This document shows, in pieces, positions 12,754 through 24,036 of a stretch of DNA of 64,000 nt. The position numbers and the translations under genes were made by a program. The stretch lies in the NCBI RefSeq assembly GCF_032444005.1, contig NC_091284.1:176700001-176764000 (forward strand). Direction: 5' to 3'. This DNA is from Ranitomeya imitator (taxonomy: Eukaryota). Position 1 is the first letter of the stretch; each line of letters starts with the position of its first letter. The notes under the pieces are model-generated. The model was not told the origin of the DNA, made no database searches, and saw only the letters and a list, made by a program, of their open reading frames with translations.

Positions 12754-14405
12754 CAGTTAGGGCCAGAAATATTTGGACAGTGACACAAGTTTTGTTATTT
12801 TAGCTGTTTACAAAAACATGTTCAGAAATACAATTTTATATATAATATGGGCTGAAAGTGCACACTCCCAGCTGCAATATGATAGTTTCCACATCCAAAT
12901 CGGAGAAAGGGTTTAGGAATCATAGCTCTGTAATGCATAGCGTCCTCTTTTTCAAGGGACCAAAAGTAATTGGACAATGGACTCTAAGGGCTGCAATTAA
13001 CTCTGAAGGCGTCTCCCTCGTTAACCTGTAATCAATGAAGTAGTTAAAAGGTCAGGGGTGGATTCCAGGTGTGTGGTTTTGCATTTGGAAGCTGTTGCTG
13101 TGAGCAGACAACATGCGGTCAAAGGAACTCTCAATTGAGGTGAAGCAGAACATCCTGAGGCTGAAAAAAAAGAAAAAATCCATCAGAGAGATAGCAGACA
13201 TGCTTGGAGTAGCAAAATCAACAGTTGGGTACATTCTGAGAAAAAAGGAATTGACTGGTGAGCTTGGGAACTCAAAAAGGCCTGGGCGTCCACGGATGAC
13301 AACAGTGGTGGATGATCGCCGCATACTTAATTTGGTGAAGAAGAACCCGTTCACAACATCAACTGAAGTCCAGAACACTCTCAGTGAAGTAGGTGTATCT
13401 GTCTCTAAGTCAACAGTAAAGAGAAGACTCCATGACAGTAAATACAAAGGGTTCACATCTAGATGCAAACCATTCATCAATACCAAAAATAGACAGGCCA
13501 GAGTTAAATTTGCAGAAAAACACCTCAAGAAGCCAGCTCAGTTCTGGAAAAGTATTCTATGGACAGATGAGACAAAGATCAACCTGTACCAGAATGATGG
13601 GAAGAAAAAAGTTTGGAGAAGAAAGGGAACGGCACATGATCCAAGGCACGCCACATCCTCTGTAAAACATGGTGGAGGCAACGTGATGGCATGGGCATGC
13701 ATGGCTTTCAATGGCACTGGGTCACTTGTGTTTATTGATGACATAAGAGCAGACAAGAGTAGCCGGATGAATTCTGAAGTGTACCGGGATATACTTTCAG
13801 CCCAGATTCAGCCAAATGCTGCAAAGTTGATTGGACGGCGCTTCATAGTACAGATGGACAATGACCCCAAGCATACAGCCAAAGCTACCCAGGAGTTCAT
13901 GAGTGCCAAAAAGTGGCACATTCTGCAATGGCCAAGTCAATCTCCAGATCTAAACCCAATTGAGCATGCATTTCACTTGCTCAAATCCAGACTTAAGACG
14001 GAAAGACCCACAAACAAGCAAGACCTGAAGGCTGCGGCTGTAAAGGCCTGGCAAAGCATTAAGAAGGAGGAAACCCAGCGTTTGGTGATGTCCATGGGTT
14101 CCAGACTTAAGGCAGTGATTGCCTCCAAAGGATTTGCAACAAAATATTGAAAATAAAAATATTTTGTTTGGGTTATGTTTATTTGTCCAATTACATTTGA
14201 CCTCCTAAAATGTGGAGTGTTTGTAAAGAAATGTGTACAATTCCTACATTTTCTATCAGATATTTTTGTTCAACCCTTCAAATTAAACGTTACAATCTGC
14301 ACTTGAATTCTGTTGTAGAGGTTTCATTTCAAATCCAATGTGGTGGCATGCAGAGCCCAACTCGCGAAAATTGTGTCACTGTCCAAATATTTCTGGCCCT
14401 AACTG
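12754..14405 (+). mobile_element. Full-length Tc1 transposon
   Basis: TA TSD; perfect 35-bp terminal inverted repeat cagttagggccagaaatatttggacagtgacacaa within longer imperfect IRs. Confidence 0.97.
13113..14150 (+). CDS. Tc1 DD34E transposase, 345 aa, intact
   Basis: Paired HTH, GRPR, WTDETK, MDNDPKH, SPDLNPIE with 34 residues between the second D and E. Confidence 0.95.
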   Translation: MRSKELSIEVKQNILRLKKKKKSIREIADMLGVAKSTVGYILRKKELTGELGNSKRPGRPRMTTVVDDRRILNLVKKNPFTTSTEVQNTLSEVGVSVSKSTVKRRLHDSKYKGFTSRCKPFINTKNRQARVKFAEKHLKKPAQFWKSILWTDETKINLYQNDGKKKVWRRKGTAHDPRHATSSVKHGGGNVMAWACMAFNGTGSLVFIDDIRADKSSRMNSEVYRDILSAQIQPNAAKLIGRRFIVQMDNDPKHTAKATQEFMSAKKWHILQWPSQSPDLNPIEHAFHLLKSRLKTERPTNKQDLKAAAVKAWQSIKKEETQRLVMSMGSRLKAVIASKGFATKY

Positions 14406-14698
14406 TATAGCAGCCATGTAGTATATAGTACTGTCCACGTAGTATATAGCAGCCATGTAGTTGACGGAAGTGACCCTTAGACAATTATATAGTAGATATG
14501 GCATCATGCGGCGCTTCCAAAAGCAACAGCGCCGGATCGGAAATGAAGGTCACAGCGTCCACCGTCATCAGCCTGCGCCTGCTCCTGATGCGCCAGACAA
14601 GCAGGCGAAAGGACGGGGACATCATGAAGACGCGTGACCATGGTGACGGCCAGACACAAGCCAGAGGGAGCGCACGGTGCCAGGAGATGCGTGTCTAA

Positions 14699-15448
14699 AG
14701 GTACCGTCACATTAAGCGACGCTGCAGCGATATAGACAATGATGCCGATCGCTGCAGCGTCGCTGTTTAGTCGTTGTGTGGTCGCTGGAGAGCTGTCACA
14801 CAGACAGCTCTCCAGCGACCAACGATGCCGAAGTCCCCAGGTAACCAGGGTAAACATCGGGTTACTAAGCGCAGGGCCGCGCTTAGTAACCCAATGTTTA
14901 CCCTGGTTACCATTGTAAATGTAAAAAAACCCAAACACTACATACTTACATTCCGGTGTCTGTCTCGTCCCCCGGCGTCAGCTTCCCTGCACTGTGTAAG
15001 CGCCGGCCGTAAAGCAGAGCGGTGACGTCACCGCTGTGCTCTGCTTTACGGCCGGCCGGCGCTGACACAGTGCAGGGAAGCTGACGCCGGGGGATGCGAC
15101 AGACACCGGAATGTAAGTATGTAGTGTTTTTTTTTTTTTTTACATTTACAATGGTAACCAGGGTAAATATCGTGTTACTAAGCGCGGCCCTGCGCTTAGT
15201 AACCCGATGTTTACCCTGGTTACAAGTGAAGACATTGCTGGATCGGTGTCACACACGCCGATTCAGTGATGTCAGAGGGTGATCCAGCGATTAAATAAAG
15301 TTCTGGCCTTCTAGCTCCGACCAGCGATGTCACAGCAGGATCCTGATCGCTGCTGCGTGTCAAACACAACGATATCGCTATCCAGGACGCTGCAACGTCA
15401 CGGATCGCTATCGTTATCGTTCTAAAGTTGATCAGTGTGAAGGTACCT
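14699..15448. mobile_element. PIF/Harbinger MITE with nested palindromes
   Basis: TAA TSD (14696-14698, 15449-15451), aggtacc...ggtacct TIRs, empty site at 37195-37210, internal hairpins at about 14840-14910 and 14935-15130. Confidence 0.88.
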
Positions 15449-16233
15449 TAAGTGTGTGAAAGCCAGGGGAGGGAGCGCATGAGATGAGCCATATTGAACA
15501 TTGTAATTGTACTATTGTTATCAGGAAGAGATGTATAGAGAGACTGTGCTGTTAACACCAAAGGAAATGCTGAATAAGTTGCAGTGAGCAAAGTGAGAAA
15601 GATTGCACATGTGTGTGAACATATGAACAAGAGTGTCAAATAAAAAGATATAGAGCAATAAAGAATTGGAAAATAGGACACATAAGGCACAACCTTAATG
15701 AATATAATATAAGCGCACTGGAAAGTGAAAATATACACATGCACAGTGTATAGAAGAGTGCACAAGGGAAAGAGTGTTATATATACAAAGAAAATGTGTT
15801 GTATTAAACAGCAAAATGTGCTTTAGCCAAAACAAAATTAAACAATATATACGCTGCATGGTGGGCAACCATAGACAACATTAAAGTGTTATCATTGAGA
15901 GTGCAAAATCACATGAGAAAGATTAATATAAATATTAAATATTAAAAATGGATCATAAAAGGTAAGTATCATTAAAATACATAAGTGAACAACAACAATA
16001 ACAATGAATGAGTAAAAGATGTAATAAACGGCTCCAAATTCTTCTCCCCCTTCAGTAGCTGTAAAATGAAATAGACGGCAAGGTAAGCCCAACATCAAAT
16101 AACCCAGACATTTCAAAAAGACCTGCAGTAAAAAGAAAAAGAAGATTGAGAGTTAAAATCATTAATAATATAAAACCAAATGAAGTAAACAAACACAACA
16201 CACAAATCATAGAAATGGAGCGAAACTATGAGT

Positions 16234-17269
16234 CTAATTGAGCCCATTGGGGTGAATGCAATCAATCTTGAAGATCCACCGAGTTTCGAGTTGTGCCAAC
16301 TTTTTCTTGCTGTCACCACCCCTCTTGTCAGGTAAGATACAGTCAATGCCACAAACCCTCAAAAGCCTGCTGTTGCATCCATGCATTAGTTTGAAATACC
16401 TCGCTATCGGTTTTAGCTGTTCAACAATCTGACACTCAGCAGCATTGTTGATATCGCGTACATGTTCCCTCACCCTTACCCGTAATTGACGGGAGGTGAG
16501 ACCAACATATATTAACCAACATGGGCATGTTGCGTAATAAATCACGTTTTCAGTGGAACAGGTGATGTGATGCGTGATCTTAAATTCCTTTGTTCCATCA
16601 CTTGATTTAAAGGAAAAAGAACGTTCCAGATTTTTGCAGGCTGCGCAATTCATACATGAAAAAAATCCCCATCTTTGGTTCCTCACACCAAAAATTCCCT
16701 CTGGTACATGACCCTTGTGGTAACTATGACAGAGAATGTCTCTTAGATTCCGACTTCTACAGTGTGTGATGGAGGGTGATGAAGAGATATGTTCAGCAAG
16801 AATTCGGTCCTGTCTAATCAAGGGTCAGTATTTCTCTAAAGCCATTCTAACAGCAGATGAATTGTTACAAAAGGTAGAAATAAATCTCACCTGTGGGTGG
16901 GAAGGAGTTTTACATCTGCTTTTCAAAAGGTCCTCTTTTCACAGTCGACGTTCTTCTCTGACATCTATGGAAGGTACGTCTAGAGTATCCACGTTCTTCA
17001 AATCGTCCGTATAGATCCACCACCTGCTTTTGATATGCACTCTCTTCAGAGGAGATCCGCTTGGCTCTAAGGAATTGGCCATACGGTATATTACGTTTGA
17101 GATGCGCAGGGTGGGCCGATGAGGCATGCAATAGGCTGTTCACAGCTGTTTCTTTCTGAAAAAGGTCACTTTGCAGGAAGCCGTCCTTTCCTTTATAGAT
17201 CCTTGTATCTAAAAACTCGACATCGTTGCGGCTGTAATGACAAGTGAGTTTTATGTTATGGTCATTTCT
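16234..17269 (-). pseudogene. Penelope RT C-terminus plus Cys-rich linker plus GIY-YIG endonuclease
   Basis: VEFLDTRIYK (RT thumb), CMNCAAC linker, VIYYATCPC..IYVGLT, RVREH, LETRWIF; frameshifted. Confidence 0.92.
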
Positions 17270-17815
17270 TGTCAAATATAAAATACAGTCTGTATAGAGT
17301 CTTTTGCTTGGGTGCAAGGAAACACAGAAGACACAGGCTTGTTTAAGTAGTTCTTGTATTACTTCATACAAGTAAGAGTTAACACAGTTGCAGGCAGGAG
17401 ACAAGACAGGCAGGAATAAACCTTAAGTTCATCTAGTCACAGAAACAGGTTAAAGGTTCTCTCTCTACTTCCCTTGCCAATGTTGATGGTAAGCTGAGGG
17501 ATTCCTTAGTCCACACATGTCCAATGATCTGAAGTAGAAGATGGTTAGGATAACAAGTCCAAGTCTTCCAAGAGCAAGGAGACAGGTAAACTGCAGACTT
17601 GATTCTGAAGCACTGATTAAACAGCTGATGCTGCTTAAAAGGGCAAGTGGCAGAGAACAGGGCGGAAACATTGAAACTGAGAACTCCATGCTGGTTAAGG
17701 GCAAAGTAGATACAGCAGAACAGAAAGCAAAATGGCCGTCAGGAAAAAAAACTAGGTTCTATTAAAAATAACAGCAGATATAGCAAATTGACTAAAACCT
17801 TAAATTACTCCCCTC

Positions 17816-18234
17816 TTAGGGACAGCCTCCGGATGACCCCAGACCCGGCTTGTCTGCGTACCTCTGAAGGAACTGGCGAAGTAAGCAAGGAGCATTAATG
17901 TTATGAACCGGTTCCCATGAGTTGCCTTCAACTGAGTAGCCTTGCCACTTAATCAGGTATTGTAGCTGATTTCTATGCAACCTAGAATCCAGAATTTTTT
18001 TCCAGTACAAATTCCTCCTGACCATCAATCAGCACTGTGTCAGGATGAGGAGAAGAATGTCCAGGAAACATATTGGGTACTGCTGCCTTTAGTAGGGAAA
18101 CGTGAAAAACAGGGTGAATTCTCATGGTTCTGGGCAGACGAAGACGACAAGCCACGGCACTTACAATCTTACTGATCCTCTAGGGACCAATGTACTTATG
18201 TCCCAATTTGGATGATGGAATCCTTAACTTAAGG
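17816..18234 (-). pseudogene. G3 integrase C-terminus and chromodomain
   Basis: KYIGP, HPVFHVSLLK, KILDSR..QYLIKWQGY..NSWEP. Confidence 0.88.
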
Positions 18235-18753
18235 TGTAACGGGGTCTACTGTGCTGTAGTACCTCTTTCGGCACCCCCCGTGTTTCAGGAGGTCCATTCT
18301 GCTTTTGCTGGATTCTGAATGAAGGACGCTGGCTAGGATTTCTTGATTACATGGGAGCATATAAAAGCTGACTGCTACTCCAGGTATTTCCAGTCTAAAA
18401 GAACACACTTTATTTACAACACACAGAATATATAACACAGATACACAGGGCAGGCCAATAAAAAAAACAGGCCAGACATACATTACAATAGCCGCAGGGG
18501 GCCGGAGCCTGCTGATATTTACTGTGGGAATTACAAAGGTGGGGGAGGACAGAAGGGGGATATCTTGTCCTCTCTGCCCAGGGATGCAGCCTGTGGACTG
18601 ATGCATTTCACATGGAACCTATTATACATAATATATATATAGCATAACATATTCTTGGTGCTGGGGGTTCTGTAACACGGCTCCCCCTTTTCAGCGACGC
18701 GATCGGCATACACAGTCTGATCCTTAACGGATCGGTTTGGGGATAACCGAAGT

Positions 18754-20097
18754 TTATGGGGTTGGTACAAGTTCCGTTTGTCGACTTAGTCCATCGGCAT
18801 TACCATTTTGTTTGCCGGGTCTGTAGTGGATGGTGAAGTCCAGAGGTTGTATGGCTAAACTCCACCGCAGTAATCTGGCGTTGTCTCCGGAGACCCGATT
18901 AAGCCAGACTAGGGGATTATGGTCCGTTAGGAGGGAAAACTGTCGTCCATACAAATATGGTTGTAACTTTTTGAGTGCCCATACTATTGCCAGGCACTCC
19001 TTCTCGATGGCCGCATAGCTTACTTCACGGGGCAGTAGTTTCCGACTCAGGTAAGCTACCGGGTGTTCTTGGCCGTCCAGCCCGACTTGGCTTAGTACTG
19101 CCCCCAATCCAAACATAGAAGCGTCTGTGTGAACAAGGAAACGTTTAGTTGGATCGGGTGCGGCCAATACAGGGGTATTGGTGAGGGCGTCCTTTAGCTG
19201 GCGGAAGGCTTCCTCACACTCTGGGGTCCAGGTTACCTGGCGGGGTTGGTTCTTACGGTTCAGATCAGTGAGGGGCTTGGCCACGCTGCTGTAATTGGGA
19301 ATTAATTTCCTGTAATACCCCGCTGTCCCTAGAAACGCCATGACCTGGGTTTTAGTGCGTGGGGTGGGCCATTTGGCTATGGCCTCAATCTTGGCTGGTT
19401 CTGGTCGCTGTTTCCCACTTCCCACCCAATGCCCTAAATACTGAACCTCTGCTTTGCCCACGTGACACTTGTTTGGGTTCAGGGTGATTCCGGCCTTGTG
19501 GATCCTGTCCAATACGGTCTCTAGGTGATTTAGATGCTCTTCCCATGTCGTGCTGTAGATGACGATGTCATCCAGGTAGGCACACGCATAGTCCTGGAGA
19601 CCATCCAGAAGCCGGTCAGCCAGCCTCTGGAAGGTCGCCGGGGCAGTCTTCATCCCGAATGGCATAACTCGAAACTGGAATAAGCCAAACGGGGTGACAA
19701 ATGCCGACTTGGGAAAAGCATCAGGACTAAGGGGAATCTGCCAGTAGCCTTTGCATAGATCGATGGTGGTCAAATACTTTGCCCCCACCAGCCGGTCTAA
19801 CAACTCATCCACACGCGGCATGGGACACGCATCCGTCACTGTTTTCTCATTGAGCTTACGATAGTCTACACAAAACCGTGTAGTCCCATCCTTCTTGGGC
19901 ACTAACACTACACGGGATGCCCAGGGACTATTTGACTCTTCAATGACCCCTAAACGCAACATCTCTTGTATCTCTTGTTGCATCCCTTCTCGTACAGACT
20001 CAGGGACGTGGAAGGGGGGTTGTCGCAGGGGGGTCTGATCCTGGGTCTCAACCTTGTGTTGTGCCAGGTGAGTGTACCCGGGTTTCCCCGAAAACAT
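18754..20097 (-). pseudogene. Gmr1 RT-RNase H
   Basis: FCVDYRKLN, MPFG, YLDD, TDAS, ECLAIVWA, TDH motifs; frameshifted from the upstream integrase. Confidence 0.92.
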
Positions 20098-20103
20098 CCT
20101 CTG

Positions 20104-21330
20104 TCACTGCCTCAACAACTCCACCTGCTGTCTCTCCCGGGGACCTAAGTCTTCACCCCAGTGTACCTGGTCCCATGTTATAGACTGAGTCCTCTCCCCT
20201 AAGACATCAGGCAAGGGAAGTCCGGCTAAATCCTCTGCTTCAGGTGCACAGATGGCCTCTACCTCTTCAGGGCGCTCCCGATAGGGCTTCAGCATATTCA
20301 CGTGGAACATGCGGATAACCCTGGGGTCGTCACAATCGGCGACATTATAGATGGTGTCGGCTATTTTCCCCACTACCTGGTAGGGCCCCTGCCAAGCAGC
20401 TTGGAACTTGTTCTGCCTAGTGGGCTCTAACACCAGGACCTTCTGCCCTATTTCCAAGGTGCGCTCTCTGGCCCTCCGATCGTACCATACGCGCTGGCGC
20501 CGCTGGGCCACCTGCATGTTCCCACGTACAGCCTGGGTCAGCTCCTGTAGGCGGTCCCGGATTTCCAGCACATAGGGTACAATAGGAACCCCTTCTATGA
20601 TGCTCTCCCCTTCCCAGTGTTCTAGCACTAAGTCTAGGGGTCCCCTTACCCATCTCCCATATACTAGTTCGAATGGGGAGAACCCCGTGGATTCTTGGGG
20701 CACCTCTCGATAGGCAAACAGGAGGTGAGGCAAGAATTTCTCCCAGTCCCTGTAGGTCCTGGTAAAAGTCCCAATGAGTTGTTTTAACGTCCCGTTAAAG
20801 CGTTCACACAACCCATTGGTTTGCGGGTGGTACGGGGTGCTTCTAATGGACTTTATGCCGCACAGCTTCCACAGTTGGTTGGTCACCTCTGCTGTAAACT
20901 GGGTACCCTGGTCTGAGATAATTTCCTGGGAAAATCCAACCCGTGAGAAAACCTGGAGCAGGGCAGCCACCACCGTCTCTGCCAGTATGTTACATAACGC
21001 AACCGCCTCTGGATACCGTGTGGCATAATCTACCACTGTCAATATATAGCTTTTCCCTGATGGACTGGGTTTGGCTAACGGCCCTATCAGATCGACCGCT
21101 ACTCGGCTAAATGGTTCCTCCACAATGGGGAGGGGCCGTAATTTGGCCTTGCATCAATCTCCCCTCTTGCCAATGCGCTGGCAACTGTCACAGGTCTGGC
21201 AGTATTGACGGACATCATAGGTTACCCCCGGCCAAAAGAAGTTTTGTGTCAGACGATGCCTGGTGTGACTGACGCCGAAGTGCCCGGCCAAGGGTATGTC
21301 ATGAGAGATTCGCAGCAACTCCTGCCTATA
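20104..21330 (-). pseudogene. Gmr1 integrase (HHCC, DDE)
   Basis: SHDIPLAGH..C..C, VDLIGP, SDQGTQF, NGLCERFNGTLK, GPY; in-frame TGA near 21155. Confidence 0.9.
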
Positions 21331-23238
21331 CTTCTTGGGAACTACCAGCTGTCGTTTTTTTTATAGTGGAGCTCGTCCCTCTGTGGTGCTGCTCTGTGAT
21401 CCGGTACAGGAGTCCCTGCTTCCATATAAACTGTTCTCCTTCCAGTACCCCTCTCCCCTCCTGTGCATTCCCACGATATCCCTCCAATGAAGGATCCTCA
21501 AGTAACTCCCTCTTAAATTCAACTGGGGTGGCCCAAGAAATGTGTCTGGCTATGGGAATACGTGTAGGGCTGGGATGTCTTACCTGGGCCTCCTCTGATT
21601 GTGATTCCGCCTCCGCAGCTCGAGCTTGTCTCCAGGTGGTCACAGGATATGTCTCAGCCAGAGGGGCAACTGAGAAGGCAGACAACATGGGCCCCAAGTC
21701 ATTTCCCAGCAAAATGTCTGCAGGCAAATCCTCCATCAAGCCGACCTCAACAAGGCCATCCCCAACTCCCCAGTTCAGGTGAATCCTGGCAGTGGGCAGT
21801 CGATGTATGGCTCCCCCTGCTACACGGACTGCCACTGTCCGGTCTGTCTTCTCTTGGTCCCAGACGAGATGAGGCTTCACAAGGGTCAAAGTTGCTCCGG
21901 AATCTCTTAGTCCCTGCATGCGTTTCCCATTAACCCACACGACCTGTCGATGCTGTTGTCGATTATCTGCCCAGGCTGCCTGCACGGAGTCTACTTCATG
22001 CAGCACTTCCTCCATGTCTTCCACCTCTTGGTTAGTTGTAGCTCCAATGCCGGGTCAGCTTCGCCTTGGTAGCAGTGTACAGCGGCCCGGCGGAAGGTAG
22101 CTGTTCCCGCCTTTGGCCACTGGGTATGCTGAGTCCGGTTGAGACATTGTCTTTGCAGGTGGCCCAGCTGATGGCAGGTGTGGCATCGCGCCCCAGGGGA
22201 ACTGTGGTAGGCCGGGTTTCTAGCTGGTCCCCCTACAATCTTCGGTGGTTTGGGGCCCTCCAGGTCCATGGGCGGACCCCTAGTGACCATCTTTGATCTG
22301 GACAACTGAGGCCTCCTGGCGTCATGATGTTCATCGGCCAGACGAGCGGCTTCCTCAAGAGTCATTGGCCGCCTGTCCTGAAGCCATTCCTGTGTCTCGG
22401 GGTTTAGTCCATTAAAGAATCGTTCTAACAAGAAGAGCTGGAGGACGTCCTCCTTAGTGGTTGCTTGGCTCCCTTGTACCCACTGTAGCAGTGACCGCCG
22501 TAATTTACAGGCCCATTCAGCGTGGGTATCGGTTACTCGTTTTATAAGTCCGTGGAACTTTTGGCGGTATGCCTCTGGTGTCAGCGCATACTGGGCCAAG
22601 ATTACTTCTTTGATCCGCTCATAGTCCATACAGTCCTCATCAGGTACCGTACGATAGGCGTCCGCTGCCCGGCCTGTCAGCTTGCTGGCCAGAATTTGAA
22701 CCCGTTCCTCCGGCTTCACTTGATGAAGGGCACACTGCCGCTCAAAGTCCTGCAGAAAGCCGTCAATGTCTTCCTCTGCCTCCCCCAACTGTCAGAAGGC
22801 ATTATACTGGATCTTTTTGTGGCTTACTGTTGAAGGTACCTGGTCGGAGGCCAGAGCTCCCCTTGCTCGCTGACTCTCCTCTCTCCGCTCTGCCATCTCC
22901 ATCTTGGTCAGCTCCACTTTGGTCCGCTCAGCCATCTCCATCTTGGCTAGCTCTATCCTGGTCCGCTCGGCCATCTCTTCCTTCAGATCAGTACGCACAT
23001 CAGCCATCACCTCTCGTATGATCTCTACTGCAGGGTTTGGGCCATAGAACGCCAGTCTGTTCTTTACCTCCCTCTGGAATTCAGTCTCCTCCACTTTCAC
23101 ATTGGGGGGCGCTGTACTGTCGTGTTCCATGATAGCTGCTATCAAATCCGCTTTTGTTTTGTTGCTGGCGATTAACCCTCGGGCTTCCTCCAGATCTTTT
23201 AGTGTAGTCCTCTTTAACTTCTGGTAGATGTCTTCCAT
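21326..23238 (-). pseudogene. Gmr1 gag (SAP-like, SCAN-like capsid, CCHC) and protease
   Basis: LKRTTLKDLEEARGL..KTKADLIAAI; LFLLERFF..L.PETQEWLQDRRPMTLEEAARLADE; CHTCHQLGHLQRQC; LRDSGA. Stops and frameshift present. Confidence 0.85.
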
Positions 23239-23280
23239 TCATTCCTTTCCTCCTGTAGAAGGGGTATCACATCCCGCTGT

Positions 23281-23289
23281 CTGCCACCA
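23281..23289 (-). promoter_or_regulatory. Gmr1 primer-binding site, tRNA-Leu-like
   Basis: TGGTGGCAG lies 1 nt after the 5' LTR and is complementary to the 3' end (CUGCCACCA) of vertebrate Leu tRNAs as I recall them. Confidence 0.6.
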
Positions 23290-23732
23290 GTGTAACGGGG
23301 TCTACTGTGCTGTAGTACCTATTTCAGCACCCCCCGTGTTTCAGGAGGTCCATTCTGCTTTTGCTGATTTCTGAATGAAGGATGCTGGCTAGGATTTCTT
23401 GATTACATGGGAGCATATAAAAGCTGACTGCTACTCCAGGTATTTCCAGTCTTAAAGAACACACTTTATTTACAACACACAGAATATATAACACAGATAC
23501 ACAGGGCAGGCCAATAGAAAAAACAGGCCAGACATACATTACAATAGCCGCAGGGGGCTGGAGCCTGCTGATATTTACTGTGGGAATTACAAAGGTGGGG
23601 GAGGACAGAAGGGGGATATCTTGTCCTCTCTGCCCAGGGATGCAGCCTGTGGACTGATGCATTTCACATGGAACCTATTATACATAATATATATATAGCA
23701 TAACATATTCTTGGTGCTGGGGGTTCTGTAAA

Positions 23733-24036
23733 TAAGGTTCTTAGTTGACAGCCAGACCAAGTCTCCTACCTTGAAGGCTGGTGCAGGTTTACGAAACTTA
23801 TCAGCTGCTCTCTTATATTTCTCCTAAGCTGATTCCAGATTCTATTTTAGAAGATCAACATTCCGTTGTAGGGAAGCGATTCTGTCGGCCACAGCTGGCA
23901 AAGGCGTATCTATAGGAAATCGAGGAAGTATGTTAGGATGATAACCTAGGTTAGCATAAAAAGAAGACTGCTTAGTGGAAGCACTCTGAGCGTTATTATA
24001 AGAAAATTCAGCCAAAGGAAGTAAATCCACCCAATC
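23733..24036 (-). pseudogene. G3 integrase middle fragment
   Basis: DWVDLLPLAEFSYNN..LGYHP, FKVGDLVWLSTKNL. Confidence 0.88.

Larger units (their letters stand above)
11995..14496 (-). mobile_element. Non-autonomous Helitron with minisatellite (contains Tc1)
   Basis: 5' TC, 3' ccgat...atcgg-type hairpin then CTAG, inserted between A and T with no TSD. The empty site is visible at 37001-37010. Confidence 0.88.
11295..16233 (-). mobile_element. Penelope-like element 3' pseudo-LTR, interrupted by a Helitron and a Harbinger MITE
   Basis: 11295-11994, 14497-14698 and 15449-16233 are colinear with 36310-37308 and 47036-47700 and directly follow the GIY-YIG ORF. Confidence 0.9.
18235..23732 (-). 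mobile_element. Gmr1-type Gypsy retrotransposon (gag-PR-IN-RT-RH order)
   Basis: LTRs 18235-18677 and 23291-23732, 5-bp TSD taagg, PPT at 18678-18691, TGG-type PBS. Confidence 0.95.

Noticed and set aside
11984-12788. Long ORFs with YTTW/YYMAAI repeats
   Set aside because: Artefacts of the 39-bp (multiple of 3) minisatellite.
16218-16232. Further hammerheads at gcgaaac motifs (also 37319-37326 and about 47704)
   Set aside because: No CUGANGA core or stem II upstream.
21991-22788. Host ZSCAN gene
   Set aside because: The SCAN-like region is the capsid of an LTR-bounded Gmr1 element; there are no C2H2 fingers.
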